A DNA stretch of 63,515 bases, the filler included, from Phoronis australis (lineage: Eukaryota; Animalia; Phoronida), in NCBI GenBank assembly GCA_002633005.1. It is 7 parts of 7 records of this genome, joined end to end, with 100 filler letters (N's around TTAATTAATTAA, not from the genome) between each part and the next. Parts side by side here need not be neighbours in the genome. Positions count along the whole stretch, not along the records: positions 1 to 14,254 come from NMRA01001011.1; positions 14,355 to 28,479 come from NMRA01001565.1; 5 more parts are not named here. The stretch is one strand, 5' to 3'. Below are positions 11,515 to 22,839 of the stretch, in pieces. Below the pieces are notes generated by a model that saw nothing but the letters and a program-made list of their open reading frames with translations, was not told the origin of the DNA and searched no databases. Numbering within the stretch: position 1 is the first letter of the stretch; each line of letters opens with the position of its first letter. The translations under genes were made by a program, and so were the position numbers.

Positions 11515-13477
11515 GACAAGAGCAACGCAGAGCGTTGAAATGCGCCCCCAATTGCACCATATACGGTATCCTTCTAGGGTTGTTTATTCGTACCATAAAG
11601 TGGCCAGTAGAGGGCATATATGTAGTATGTTGTACTTTGCAAAATGGAAAGGGATGGTCATTGTCTCCTCAATAAGCTAGGGGCAAAATGTGAGTGATCT
11701 TCATAATACAAGCACATCCTATACATCAGTTGCTTAAAGCACAACAGAAACATAGAATTAAAAACAAATTTACCAACATACAAGATTAGTACAGCACTAG
11801 AATGCCAAAAACAAATTTCTACTTGGAACTTTTCCTTCATAGTCACGAAGAAACACAAAGTATACACCTGAAGACCTATGAAAATACAGAGGTCAATGCA
11901 AAATACTAAAATTGCCACTAGCGGCATACCGGTAGTCAGAATCATCCTAAAGTCGTCATCGTCCGTTGTCAACATCACATAAATACACTTGCTAAATTTA
12001 GTAAAGATCCTGCACACGGTTTGGGAGATACAGCCATGGGCGCAAAAAAAACTGCCACTAGGAGGCGCCACAGTAATCAAAGTCATGAGAAATTCAGCGT
12101 CAACCGTCCTCTTCATAGTAAGAACATACATGCCAATTTTCACAATCATACTTATAGTGGTTTGGTTGATAGAGGGGTGGACGCCAAAAAACAGACTCAA
12201 AAACAGTAAAAATGGCCACTGGGTGTCGCAAACTAGGTCGAATCCATCCGAAAACGGGAGGATAGCGTCATCGCACTAATAGGTGCCTACATACCAAATT
12301 TCATGAAAATCCGTTCAGGACTTGTGAAGATACAGAGGTAAACGTAAAAAAATAAAATTGCCACTAGGGGGCACACCGGTAGTCGGATCCGTCCAAAAGT
12401 CGTCATCTTCCGTTGTTAACATCATATAAATATACTTACACAATTTCGTAAAGATCCTGCGAACGGTTTAGGAGATACAGCCATAGGCGCAAAAAAAAAA
12501 AAACTGCCACTAGGAGGCGCCACAGTAGTCGAAATCGTCGGAAAATCATTGTCAACCGTCCTCTACATAGTAAGCATATACATGCCAATTTTCACAATCA
12601 TCCTTTGAGCGGTTTGGTTGATAGAGGGTGGACGCACAAAAACAGACTCGAAAACACTAAAAATTGCCACTAGCTGGCGCAAACTATGTCGAATCCATCT
12701 GAAAACGGGAGGATAGCGTCATCTCACCAATAGCTGCCTACATACCAAATTTCATGAAATTCCGTTCAGGACTTTTGAAGATATAAAGGTAAGCGTTAAA
12801 GAATTAAAACTGCCACTAGGGGGCACACCCGTAGTCGGATCCGCCCGAAAGTCATCATCTTCTATTGCTAACATCATATAAATACACTTACACAATTTTG
12901 TAAAGATCCTGCGAACGGTGTAGGAGATACAGCCATAGGCGTAAAAAAAAACTACCACTAGGAGGCGCCACAGTAGCCGAAATTGTCGGAAAATCATCGT
13001 CAACCGTCCCCTACATAGTAAGCATATACATGCCAATTTTCACAACCATCCTTTGAGCGGTTTGGTTGATAGAGGGGTGGACGCAGAAAAACAGACTTGA
13101 AAACACTAAAAATGGCCACTAGGTGGCGCAAAGTATGTGAAATCCATCCGAAAACGGGAGGAAAGCGTCATCTCACTAATAGGTGCCTACATAACAAATT
13201 TCATGAAAATCCGTTCAGGACTTTTGAAGATACAAAGGTAAGCGTAAAAAAACTAAAATTGCCACTAGGGGGCACACCGTTAGTCGGATCCGTCCGAAAG
13301 TTCGCACATGCCGTCCCATTCATAAATGGAACATATGTGCCAAATTTCATGAACGTATGTCAAAGGGTTTTGGAGATAGAGCAGCGGACGCTGGACGCCG
13401 CCCGGACGGACAGACGGACGGACGGACGGAGATGACGGCATAATGCGTCCACGTATAAATATGTGGGCGCATAAAAA
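11515..13477 (+). mobile_element. Helentron/HINE-like element, copy 3 (both termini, least diverged)
   Basis: 5' ACAAGAG, small hairpin CAACG-CAGAG-CGTTG (11523-11537), subterminal ATGCGCCC (11540-11547) inverted to the 3' GGGCGCAT, ~450-bp trimeric repeat units, (GACG)n at ~13400-13430, 3' hairpin 13443-13472 then AAAAA. ~11620-11865 is unrelated sequence inside the element. Confidence 0.8.
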
Positions 13478-14354
13478 CTGAGAACAAATTGAGGACTTCT
13501 GAAAAGAAGATTGGACCAAAGGGATGCACACATATAATTTTTCAAAAGGCAAATAGGGTGATGCTTGACTGGCAGCACTTAATACAGCAGCTATCATTTT
13601 ACAGCGATTCTAGAAAAACATTACGTCTTCTGGTCAAAAAGCTCTATGTCATACAATTACGTAACATTGAGTGATTTACAATTTATACCTAAGATTTTCT
13701 TCTTTTGGACAAGATTTCACAAGAGCCAAATAAAATTAGAAATAATTGATGAAACTTTAACCACTACCTGAACATAGTTCTTGATCACAGTTAGGCTGCA
13801 GGGCAATAACTACAATTCTCAACCAGTCACGCAGTCAGTAAACTGAATCTGAATCCAAACAGGGTTGGAAGTTTGTACGGATTTTGTGTAATATCTATCA
13901 CAGTTGCATAGCATAGCAAAGGGACCTGCACATCTAAATAACAATCACATGAACAAATTTATGTGCCAAAATGATATGATGAATATAACTGCAAGGAAAC
14001 CAAGACCTCCAAATGACCTAATATTCGTTCAAAGATAGCATGTTTTACAGTTCGCTTTTTACTTTGCTACTTGGCTTTTTCACTTGGTGGTGAACTTATT
14101 AACAATATAACATGAATTCCTTTTGCTCATTGGGTGGAATTCAAGTCACTACCACCTAATTTTAATGACATGAGCATAAGATGACAAATGCTTTGATTCG
14201 TCATTGTTATAACTAAAGGTTTACAGAAGCGAAATACAGCCAGCTAAGACCGTTNNNNNNNNNNNNNNNNNNNNNNNNNNNNNNNNNNNNNNNNNNNNTT
14301 AATTAATTAANNNNNNNNNNNNNNNNNNNNNNNNNNNNNNNNNNNNNNNNNNNN

Positions 14355-15308
14355 TCTCAAAAATATGATACCCTAAATGATCCTTACTGACTTCGCGTGA
14401 CTTGACTTCGAGAACCATCAGCAAATGAAAATGCATTGGGTCAACATGATGCTCAACTAGCGCTGCTACACACACAACACCAAGAACAGTTGAATACCAC
14501 CGGCAACATTCAGCGAGAACTATGGTGATTGCGAAAAAAGATCGTTATAGTTCAAGCACTGAGAAAGCGTCATGGATCTAAGCCATAAATTATGAAGATA
14601 ACTTACCTTTTCACAAGACCAGCTTCAAGCTTCATGATATGTTTGTCGTCGAAGCAGCCGTCCTCAAAGTGGTCGGAGCGGGGAGCATATTTCGGCTCCG
14701 ACAGATATGGCCGACTCGACTGTAATTTTCCAATGACGAGCAGTGCACACGAAAACGTGCCATTTCTCGGCCAGATGCTTGTCTTTGGGAAAACTAAATA
14801 GGGTCACGCCTTCCACCTGGCTGGTGTTAGCACAGTTGGCGCACACACACCGATGTACCATTTCTAAATCNCGGCTCCGACAGATATGGCCGACTCGACT
14901 GTAATTTTCCAATGACGAGCAGTGCACACGAAAACGTGCCATTTCTCCGCCAGATACTTGTCTTTGGGAAACCTAAATAGGGTCACGCCTTCCACCTGGC
15001 TGGTGTTAGCACAGTTGGCGCACACACACCGATGTACCATGTCTAAATCACGCCAAGATTAAACGCTCCTTGTTTGTCTTCCACTGTTTTGTATGTGCGG
15101 TAAACTGCATTGTGGGATATTGATCTAGTTTGTGTTCCCCAACACCATGTCACGGTGTCAAAGGTCAACTTTTCGCGGATTTTTTTTAATTTTCGCTTTT
15201 TAACGTAACTACAGACACAATAACATGATAATTGGAAGATATATCCAACTAACAATATCTTGAAAATATTATTACAATTTAACATACTTAGACCTTGCAA
15301 TTTACACT
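14355..15308 (-). mobile_element. Kolobok-like element end carrying a degenerate THAP-domain exon (duplicated around n14871)
   Basis: Minus strand MVHRCVCANCAN...TLFSFPKD...KW...(frameshift)SDHFEDGCF...LEAGLVK with donor AAG|GTAAGT at ~14606. The terminus TTAA-AGTGTAAA at 15312-15301 has the Kolobok form (TTAA followed by RR). The other end is lost in the gap. Confidence 0.6.
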
Positions 15309-15504
15309 TTAAGGTGTCCTTCTATGCGCAAAAGGTATTTATAAGAACGTGACTTTGATGTTTTAATCACTGTGAGGCATAATTTGCCAAAAAGCTTCCC
15401 CGTATGAAGCGTCTACAGTAGCTTTATCGTCTCAACTCAGAAGATCTAGAGACAATGGTCATAGTCTATGATTACCTATGCTTCGTTAATGCATATTTAA
15501 ATAG

Positions 15505-15600
15505 GAGCTGAGGAGCTAAAGACATGACTCAAGGGTCTAGCAGTTTTCCCCGGTGGGACTCAAACGAACACTTATCCCACTAGGCCACACAGCCTCCTCT
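15505..15600 (-). mobile_element. tRNA-derived SINE head (same family as 38548-38665)
   Basis: Minus strand GAGGAGGCTGTGTGGCCTAGTGGGATAAG (A-box-like)...TGCTAGACCCTTGAGT; similar to the second copy. Confidence 0.5.
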
Positions 15601-16791
15601 GCAATAGGGTAAAGATAAAGAGCTCACTTTTACAATATCTTGTATCACCATCGTCATCAATTCCACAGAACGTCATATTTTCAAATCTACAACAAAAATA
15701 TGGATTCGTTATCGGCAAGTACCATTACACATTCCTCATTGTTAAAGCTGTCATGAGCCATATTCTGGTGTCGAAACGACTTTCTTCAAAGGCGTAAAAG
15801 CTCTTCCAAAGCAACGTTACCGCATTCTTGTACAATACTTGAATTGCCTTTGTGCCGCTTTCCTTAGTCCACCATTGAAAAGGTTTCAAGACCTGAAAAC
15901 TATGTTGTTTAGCAGCCATTTGTATCACCTTCAGAACACTGTTGGAAAATTGTGTTGCCCTGGGGGAAGGGGAGGCCATTTTTGATAAGGTAACCCACTA
16001 GGGGGGCAAGTCCATGGGCAGCAAGCATCTGAACCACAGCAGAAATTTTCGGGACTATAGTTATGTGGCAATCCTGCAGTGCCAGTAAGCATCAAAACCC
16101 CCAAAGAGAGAATGTATATGACACAAGCCCCCATCGACCAAGTAGCAAGCCACCAGGGCAGCAAGCAGGTAGCCTCCAGCACACCAACAGGGAAATTACG
16201 CAACATGAATTTTCAGGTTGTGTAAAAGTTTCCATTCCACCTTAAGTTGTGCAGCTGATTGATTTTATGTAAATTTATTCAAATCTTCCAAAATTCAAAA
16301 ATCCAGCCAGCGTTTGGTTAGCCGCAGATAAGTTCCTTTGCGCGAAAATTACCACAAACACTAATATTGGCAGAAGACACAGATTTTTGAAGGCGATGAG
16401 CGTACTGTAGGTGATGTGGTCGTTTGAAGGCCTTCTTAACAATTGTGATGCGAATAAATCTTGAGAACTCAAAGCCGTCCGCTAATTCAGGACATTACGG
16501 TAGCTTTAAATCCCAAATAAGTGGATCAACATGGTTGTGTATAGACAAGGTTCTGGTGAAGTATATCATGTGACTACGGCTGGCTGGCTGTTCTCTATGC
16601 AGCTCCAAAAGAGTCAGATATGTTGTACATGGACTTGAGCTGTTCTCTCAACTTGTCATCAGAATAATTGGAACAATGGACACGATCAATCAATGATGAG
16701 GTTAATCAGGCCATTTAAAACAGCATGCTTTTACAACCTCATATCTGGTGGGACTTCAATACTAACTTCAACAGAATTTGTCATGTAGCAA

Positions 16792-16890
16792 ATAAATCGC
16801 TAAATAAAACAACAAGAATGGATCAACTGAAATTTGAAATTTTCGGATGTAATAACTTCCTTTATCAACAAAAACAGAAATAAAGTAAAA
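16792..16890 (-). repeat. Truncated copy of the MITE at 30307-30460
   Basis: Near-identical reverse complement of ~30360-30458. Confidence 0.7.
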
Positions 16891-18924
16891 TAAGTAATGT
16901 AGCAAAATAAGAAAAGGTGAGTTTATAATCACGCAGATGTAGGCACACCAAATTATGTGAAGCTGCCTTTTTGGGTCATATTGGGTCACCACGAGATCCC
17001 AGCACAAACAAAAAAGGTCGATAACAGTTGTATGGAACATGGTTCTGAACAGAACACCATTGTGCGTGGTATTTATTCGCAGCTGTTTGAATTAAAAGGT
17101 GATCCTCATGGTGACGTTGACAAAAGCGAACCAATACGCCTAAAGGTTGACAATTTATGGCACTAGTAGGCTCAGAGCGATGCTCTTAACATACTGTAAG
17201 ATCCAAATTTACAGGTGTTGACATAAAGATAGGTTTTAAGAGCTCTATAATCCACTGGATTTGATAGGTTGCTTACAGGTTCACGCAGTCATGGAGCGTT
17301 ATCAATCTACTGATCACCTAAGATGAAACCTTTCACCCTTGCATTTAAGCTTTTCTTATCTTTCCAATCTTTGGTATAAGCCACACTTTGACCTTACTTA
17401 AGATGTGACTTTAAGTTTCCCAGCAGTTGCGCCATGCACCTGTTCTCACTCGCTGATCAATAACTGGATTAAATTTGCTGTTTGGATTCGTATAAAACTC
17501 GTCAAAAATTGGTCTTGGCATTATATACTACTGCTTATACGGACATTTTCGCCAGAGGTGAGCGCTGACAGGTGAACAAAACGTTGTCTCCATTACAGGC
17601 CCTTGACTCCTGGAACTTCCACAATGCACGGCATACAAGGTCAGCGGGTCCTAGTTGGCAGTGTTTCACCTGTACACAATCCATCTGCAGACCATGTTTG
17701 TAGTAAATTCCGAGGTCACCCGAAACCGGAATTGAACCAGTCAACCCAATAAAACTGGCAAGCATGATAATCATTTGGTTTTAACCATTGCCTATTGAAA
17801 TAGGCAATGCCCAAGCAAGAGGCTAAAAGGCTAATGTTAGCGGAAGCACGTCTACAACACCGATTTCCTAATTCCCTTTTACAGGTACATTGGATACACT
17901 GATGTTCAATTTTTGTTTCGTTTTGCCCGCACTGGCTTTCCTCATTTTGCCCTAATTATATGGGGGAATTGTCCACTGCACCTGGACCCACCTTAGCATG
18001 CATAGCTAGGCAACACGTAGACCCTCCATGGGCAGTGCATAGGGGGTTGGGGGGCTTCACCGCCCATGGTCTATGGGCAGTGCACCACAGGGGGGTTGGG
18101 GGTGGTATGGCCCCCACACATTTTTCAGTGGTGCGCTGCCCATGCCCTCGGTTGACTGGTTTGCCTAAACTTTCGCTAGCTTAGCAATTCATACGCACCC
18201 TCGCCAACGAACACTCGAAATAGTACAATGATTGGCTAAAACCACGGACTTAAATTAGTTTATATGCCAAAATAATTCCATAATAACTGTGGACAAATAA
18301 TGTAACAAACATGCCATATGCCGTGTTGGGAACGATCAGAAGCTAAGCAGGACGCCTGTGATCGGATGTGACCCAATATTCCAAGTCCAACATCGCCGCT
18401 GAAGGAAGAGTTTTCAAAGATTAAAATTAATGGGATAGCTAAACATATACCTCAGATAGTCGTCGCTTAATTTAATATTCGCTTAGTTAAGACACTGTCA
18501 ATATAGGCGAATAAAATCATCTGATCTAGGCAATTATGCCTCGACTGATTCCACTGACCGAACAAAACTCGTCGTAAACTAATGTAGGCTACGTCAATGC
18601 GCATGCTCGAACTAAACTTGTGTAAGGATGCTGTGCGTGAACTTGGAATCCTGCTTAAAGGCGAAGGCAACCTTTTTTCCATGTCATTTTGAGCTAAAAT
18701 AAGGTTGGTTGGTTATCCTAGACATATTTTTCACTTAATTACAGCTTTTCGTAATTTTATTAATTATTCGTCCGCTTTTCCGGAAGTGACGTTTTAGGAG
18801 GCAAGCGCTTCCCGCCAATTTCTTTTCACATAGTCTGACTGTGAGAGCTGCCGAGTCAGTCATTGTTCTACCTCGGTTGTGTTAAGTTCCGTCGTCGTTC
18901 GCTTTCATTTACTAGTCAGTCAAC

Positions 18925-19998
18925 ATGCCACACTGTTGCTGCGTACCGGGATGTAGTAATTATCGGCTCACGCGCGCTTTGGGAGTGCCTTTGCATCGCT
19001 TTCCGATGGATGACACACTTCGCCGTACTTGGCTCGTTCGTGTGCAGAACGCAGCGTTACCCGTCCACGCAACGTACAAAGCAGTGGAGAATTACCGTGT
19101 GTGTGGCAAGCACTTTCTGCCGTCCGATTACGAAAGGGATTTGTACGCTGAACTGATGAAGGTCCCCGCGAAACAACGCTTGAAGAAGGATGCCATTCCG
19201 TCTGTGTTGATTCCCGGCAGTGCCCCGTCGCCACCCCCGAGAAGTGCGTTTTTGAAGCGAGAAGCCTCGCGAGCTGTGGCCAGTACAGTGACTGGAGCCA
19301 GTGGAGGCACTTCATCTACTGTCACCCGTGCCTCCGAACGTACCCCAGAGCGTGCAATTCCTGGAACCAGTAGTGATTCGCCCTGTGCTGTTTTCTCCAG
19401 CCCAGAGCCTCTAAGCAGCCCTGCAGCGATATTGAGTAGTGGGAGTGATTACAGGCCCAGTTCGACACCCAGTGAAGAGGACAGTTCGTCGTCCAGTGAA
19501 CAGATCGGTGAGCCAAACTTTGATAAGTTTATTGTGGACTTGTCTAAAGTGTTGGAGCTATTTAGAAGGTGCCAGGTGTGTGGCGAGGGAGTCACACGAC
19601 ACAATGTAAGCAGTTTGGGTGCTCAGGTCACCATCCAGTGGGAGTGTGTCACGGGACACTCTGGCAAGTGGGACAGTTGTTCCTCTGTCCGTGGTATGCC
19701 GGAGGTCCACTTAACCATGTCCAGTGGTGTGCTCTTCACTGGAAACACGTTTCAGTCGGTGAAGACAATGATGGACTTTGGAAAAGTCAAGTTTTTTTTC
19801 GAAAACAACATTCAACAACATTCAGAATTCCTATTTAATACCAGTTGTCAATGACGCATACATGTCACAACATCTCGAGTTGGTGGCGGAATTCATGGAG
19901 AAGGAGAACTTGTCTGACTCACCAGGGCGGTCCGCCAAGTATACCACATACACTCTAATGGAGGAAGAGACCAAAAAGATAATTGATGTGGAACTCGG
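18925..19998 (+). pseudogene. Kolobok THAP-DDE transposase, frameshifted and truncated
   Basis: THAP domain (CCVPGC...LHRFP...W...VCGKHF...LKKDAIPS), Ser-rich linker, CQVC...C..GH zinc motif, frameshift in a poly-T at ~19795, then LS-DSPGRSAKYTTYTLME...KIIDVEL, which lacks the GDGRx catalytic segment expected before DSPG. Confidence 0.85.
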
Positions 19999-20266
19999 AA
20001 CAGCACAAGCATTCAATTGAGGTAGGCATAACAACGCACACAGTGCATTTGCACCAAGATGTGTCACCACGTCTGTCTTCAGTAGCCGCCTCGTTTCTCT
20101 CAACAGCTGCCTGTGCCTGTGTGTACTCTGCCTCGTTGTACTCGGGCTCAAACATGTACCCACCCACTGAATGTCCGTGAAAAAATTCCTCGTCACCACT
20201 GCTGTGAACAAGGTCTCCGTCACTCACACTGCTGTCACTGTGATACGGGTCACCGACTCCAGCCAT
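19995..20266 (-). pseudogene. KolX-like accessory protein (P2X7 ballast/nanor-type Cys-rich domain), truncated
   Basis: MAGVGDPY...GYMFEPEY...RRGDTSWCKCTVCVVMPTSIECLCC; the WCxCxxCxxMPTxxECxCC motif; convergent to the transposase inside the TIRs. Confidence 0.8.
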
Positions 20267-22598
20267 TTTCAGCTTACAACACACTAAACAATCCCTAAAT
20301 CCAACGCAGTTGAGTTCTCTACTAACCTATCTTGCCGCAAAATACTCGCCGATGGAAAGTGGTGGCGACAATTGGTGAAAAATACCACAAAACAAAAGTA
20401 GAATAGAACAGATTCGCACAGTAAGCTCAACGCAAAACCAAGTGGCGGGAAGCGCTTGCCTCCTAAAACGTCACTTCCGGAAAAGCGGACGAGTAATTAA
20501 TAAAATTACGAAAAGCTGTAATTAAGTGAAAAATATGTCTAGGATAACCAACCAACCTTATTTTAGTTCAAAATGACTTGGAAAAAGGTTGCCTTTGCCT
20601 TTAATCTCAACTCGCGTATGAGTGAACTCGGAATTGAACATATTTGGACAATCAGGTGAAATTTTTTGTTCAATGTAAAGAATTTTTGTAATTATTGGTC
20701 TTATAATCATTCACTTTCTCCTTTGCCGTAACTTGTGTCAAAGAATCGGAGGAATTTGTGATTGATTAAAACAATTATGGTTTAGTGAAGACCGCAAATA
20801 GCTGAATAAGATTAGTTGAATTTTACGTTATTTTAAAAACATATAATTTGGTTTAGTGCAGTGCAAATTTTTATCCACATGAACGTGATTACTTGAGTGA
20901 ACTTGTCAAGTTTCCTCCTGTATTCCTAGTTCACGCCACACTCACTTCCTCTTAATGTTGAGATTACTGAAGCAGGATTCCAAGTTCACTGACGCACAGC
21001 AAGAACACTGCGGTATCTTTATCGCTAGTTCCCTGCGTGCCGCTTGGTGGTCAGTACGTGGCCAGCACGTCTCGTGGCTAGGCACGTACATGTAGGGACC
21101 AGCGAGCGGTATCTTTCTACTTACCAGTCTCGGGTGTCACTCACTGACATGCACCCGCAGGCCGTGTACCAAAAATTGCTGGTAGGCGGTGTACTTTTCA
21201 GCAAGTTTTGCAGTCAGTACCCGCCCGCGGGTTCCAACAGACCCCTCAGTAATGATTTCATACGTGCTCCCCTGCAAAAGCTGGTGCAACAGAAAAACTT
21301 ACCCGAGCCGCCGACACACCTGGTACGCGCAGTCTCTCGGCGATATTGGAACACACGCCTGCGGGCACCTTGTCAATATAAGTGGCCCAGTACGGGGCAG
21401 CCCGGGGAAGTCGATCCCGATCGTGCCACGGATGGCAACGGGTGTAAGGCTCTTTTGAACGCCCTAGGCCTTTACGTGTAATAGGCCTGTACTTATAGCA
21501 GTGGCGGATCTAGGATATCACAAGGGGGGCCAACATTTTGTCTGTAAACATTTTTGCTCCCAGCACGATTGTAGATGCGCGCACCGACGGAATGGGGGGA
21601 GGTCGGGAGGGGCGGGTTTGGCCCCCAGTCCTGCACAGAAAATTCTTCTGTTTTTTCCTCTAAAAATCAACCATTTTCCTTGATTTCCGAAGTATTATCC
21701 AAGAAAAAAGGCAAAAAAAATAAGAAAATGCGGAGAAAGTGTCAAAGAGAAAAAACTGCTTGTTCCACAGACTCGACTAGAGCACGCGTGCTTTACCCGA
21801 TGACTGCAACACACCACTCCTACTTTAAGAGACCTACTTGGTTATAGTCCACAGCGTTTGCGCGCGAAACCTCCTTCTTTTTGTAATGCTTATCACATGT
21901 TTGATATTTTGTAGTGTGAACCAGTTCGTAATTTAAAGTTGTATTTAAAATAGTCTTCAATTGCCCAAAAGTCCAAATCCGTTTTTTTGGGTTGGCAAAA
22001 ACGACGCTATTGCGTTTGGAAATCGTGTTACGTTAAGGTGTGACAAAGAGAGAATTATGCTTTTCTGAGTGATTCACTAAGGCTTCGATTAAAATTGACA
22101 TCTTACCAGCAGCTTCTGTTTTTTCATCATCACTCAGATTCCATTTTCTTTAAAAGGTCGGTGGAGCANCAACGTCCTGCGAGTGACATGTATATAGGTT
22201 TTGCTTATGTCCAAAGTTATAAGTAATATATTCAACTAATTAATTATCTGTATTCTGAAATGTTTAACTTTTGGTATATATACTGACATATATCATTCGT
22301 TTGGGATATTTGTTTATTTGCGTAGGCCTAGATATGTACTCATCATTCACGGTCTTGGTAATATCCGTTACCAAATAGTATATCTGCCGTATCAGCGCTG
22401 ACAAACTCTCATTCAATGATGGAATTGCTTGCCTTTTTCATTTTCATTCTCTTCATTTCAAGTTTTCTGTGTAATTAATTGTTTTTAACCTTTTAGTCTT
22501 GTTTTCTTTAATTTACGGTTTTACCATCTTAATGTTACATCCGGGATCTGGGAGAGTCCTTCCGTCGCTGATAATGTCTCATGAGTATTGTCTACTTA

Positions 22599-22833
22599 TT
22601 ACACTTGCCTAGTATATACTTTATGTCTAATCCTGTACCCAGGTATAGGCCTAGACATTGTTACACTTGCCTAGTATATACTTTATGTCTAATCCTGTAC
22701 CCAGGTATAGGCCTAGACATTGTTACACTTGCCTAGTATATAGTTTATGTCTAATCCTGTACCCAGGTATAGGCCTAGACATTGTTACACTTGCCTAGTA
22801 TATACTTTATGTCTAATCCTGTACCCAGGTATA
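22599..22833 (+). repeat. 62-bp tandem repeat (~3.8 copies) at the 5' end of the LINE ORF
   Basis: TTACACTTGCCTAGTATATACTTTATGTCTAATCCTGTACCCAGGTATAGGCCTAGACATTG repeated. Confidence 0.9.
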
Positions 22834-22839
22834 GAAATT

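Larger units (their letters stand above)
18659..20600 (+). mobile_element. Kolobok-superfamily DNA transposon, internally deleted
   Basis: TTAA on both sides (18655-18658, 20601-20604), near-perfect ~160-bp TIRs starting AGGCGAAGGCAACC and ending GGTTGCCTTTGCCT, and two convergent ORFs. Confidence 0.9.

Noticed and set aside
14255-14354. TTAATTAATTAA inside N runs (also at ~28480, 54107, 57069, 59903, 62349)
   Set aside because: Identical 100-bp artificial gap linker with stops in all frames; not biological.
16250-17800. Possible decayed gag/zinc-knuckle-like coding remnant
   Set aside because: No continuous frame or diagnostic motif that I can support.
21044-21481. 145-aa GC-rich ORF
   Set aside because: Non-ATG start, no recognisable domain or splice context; more likely repeat-derived.
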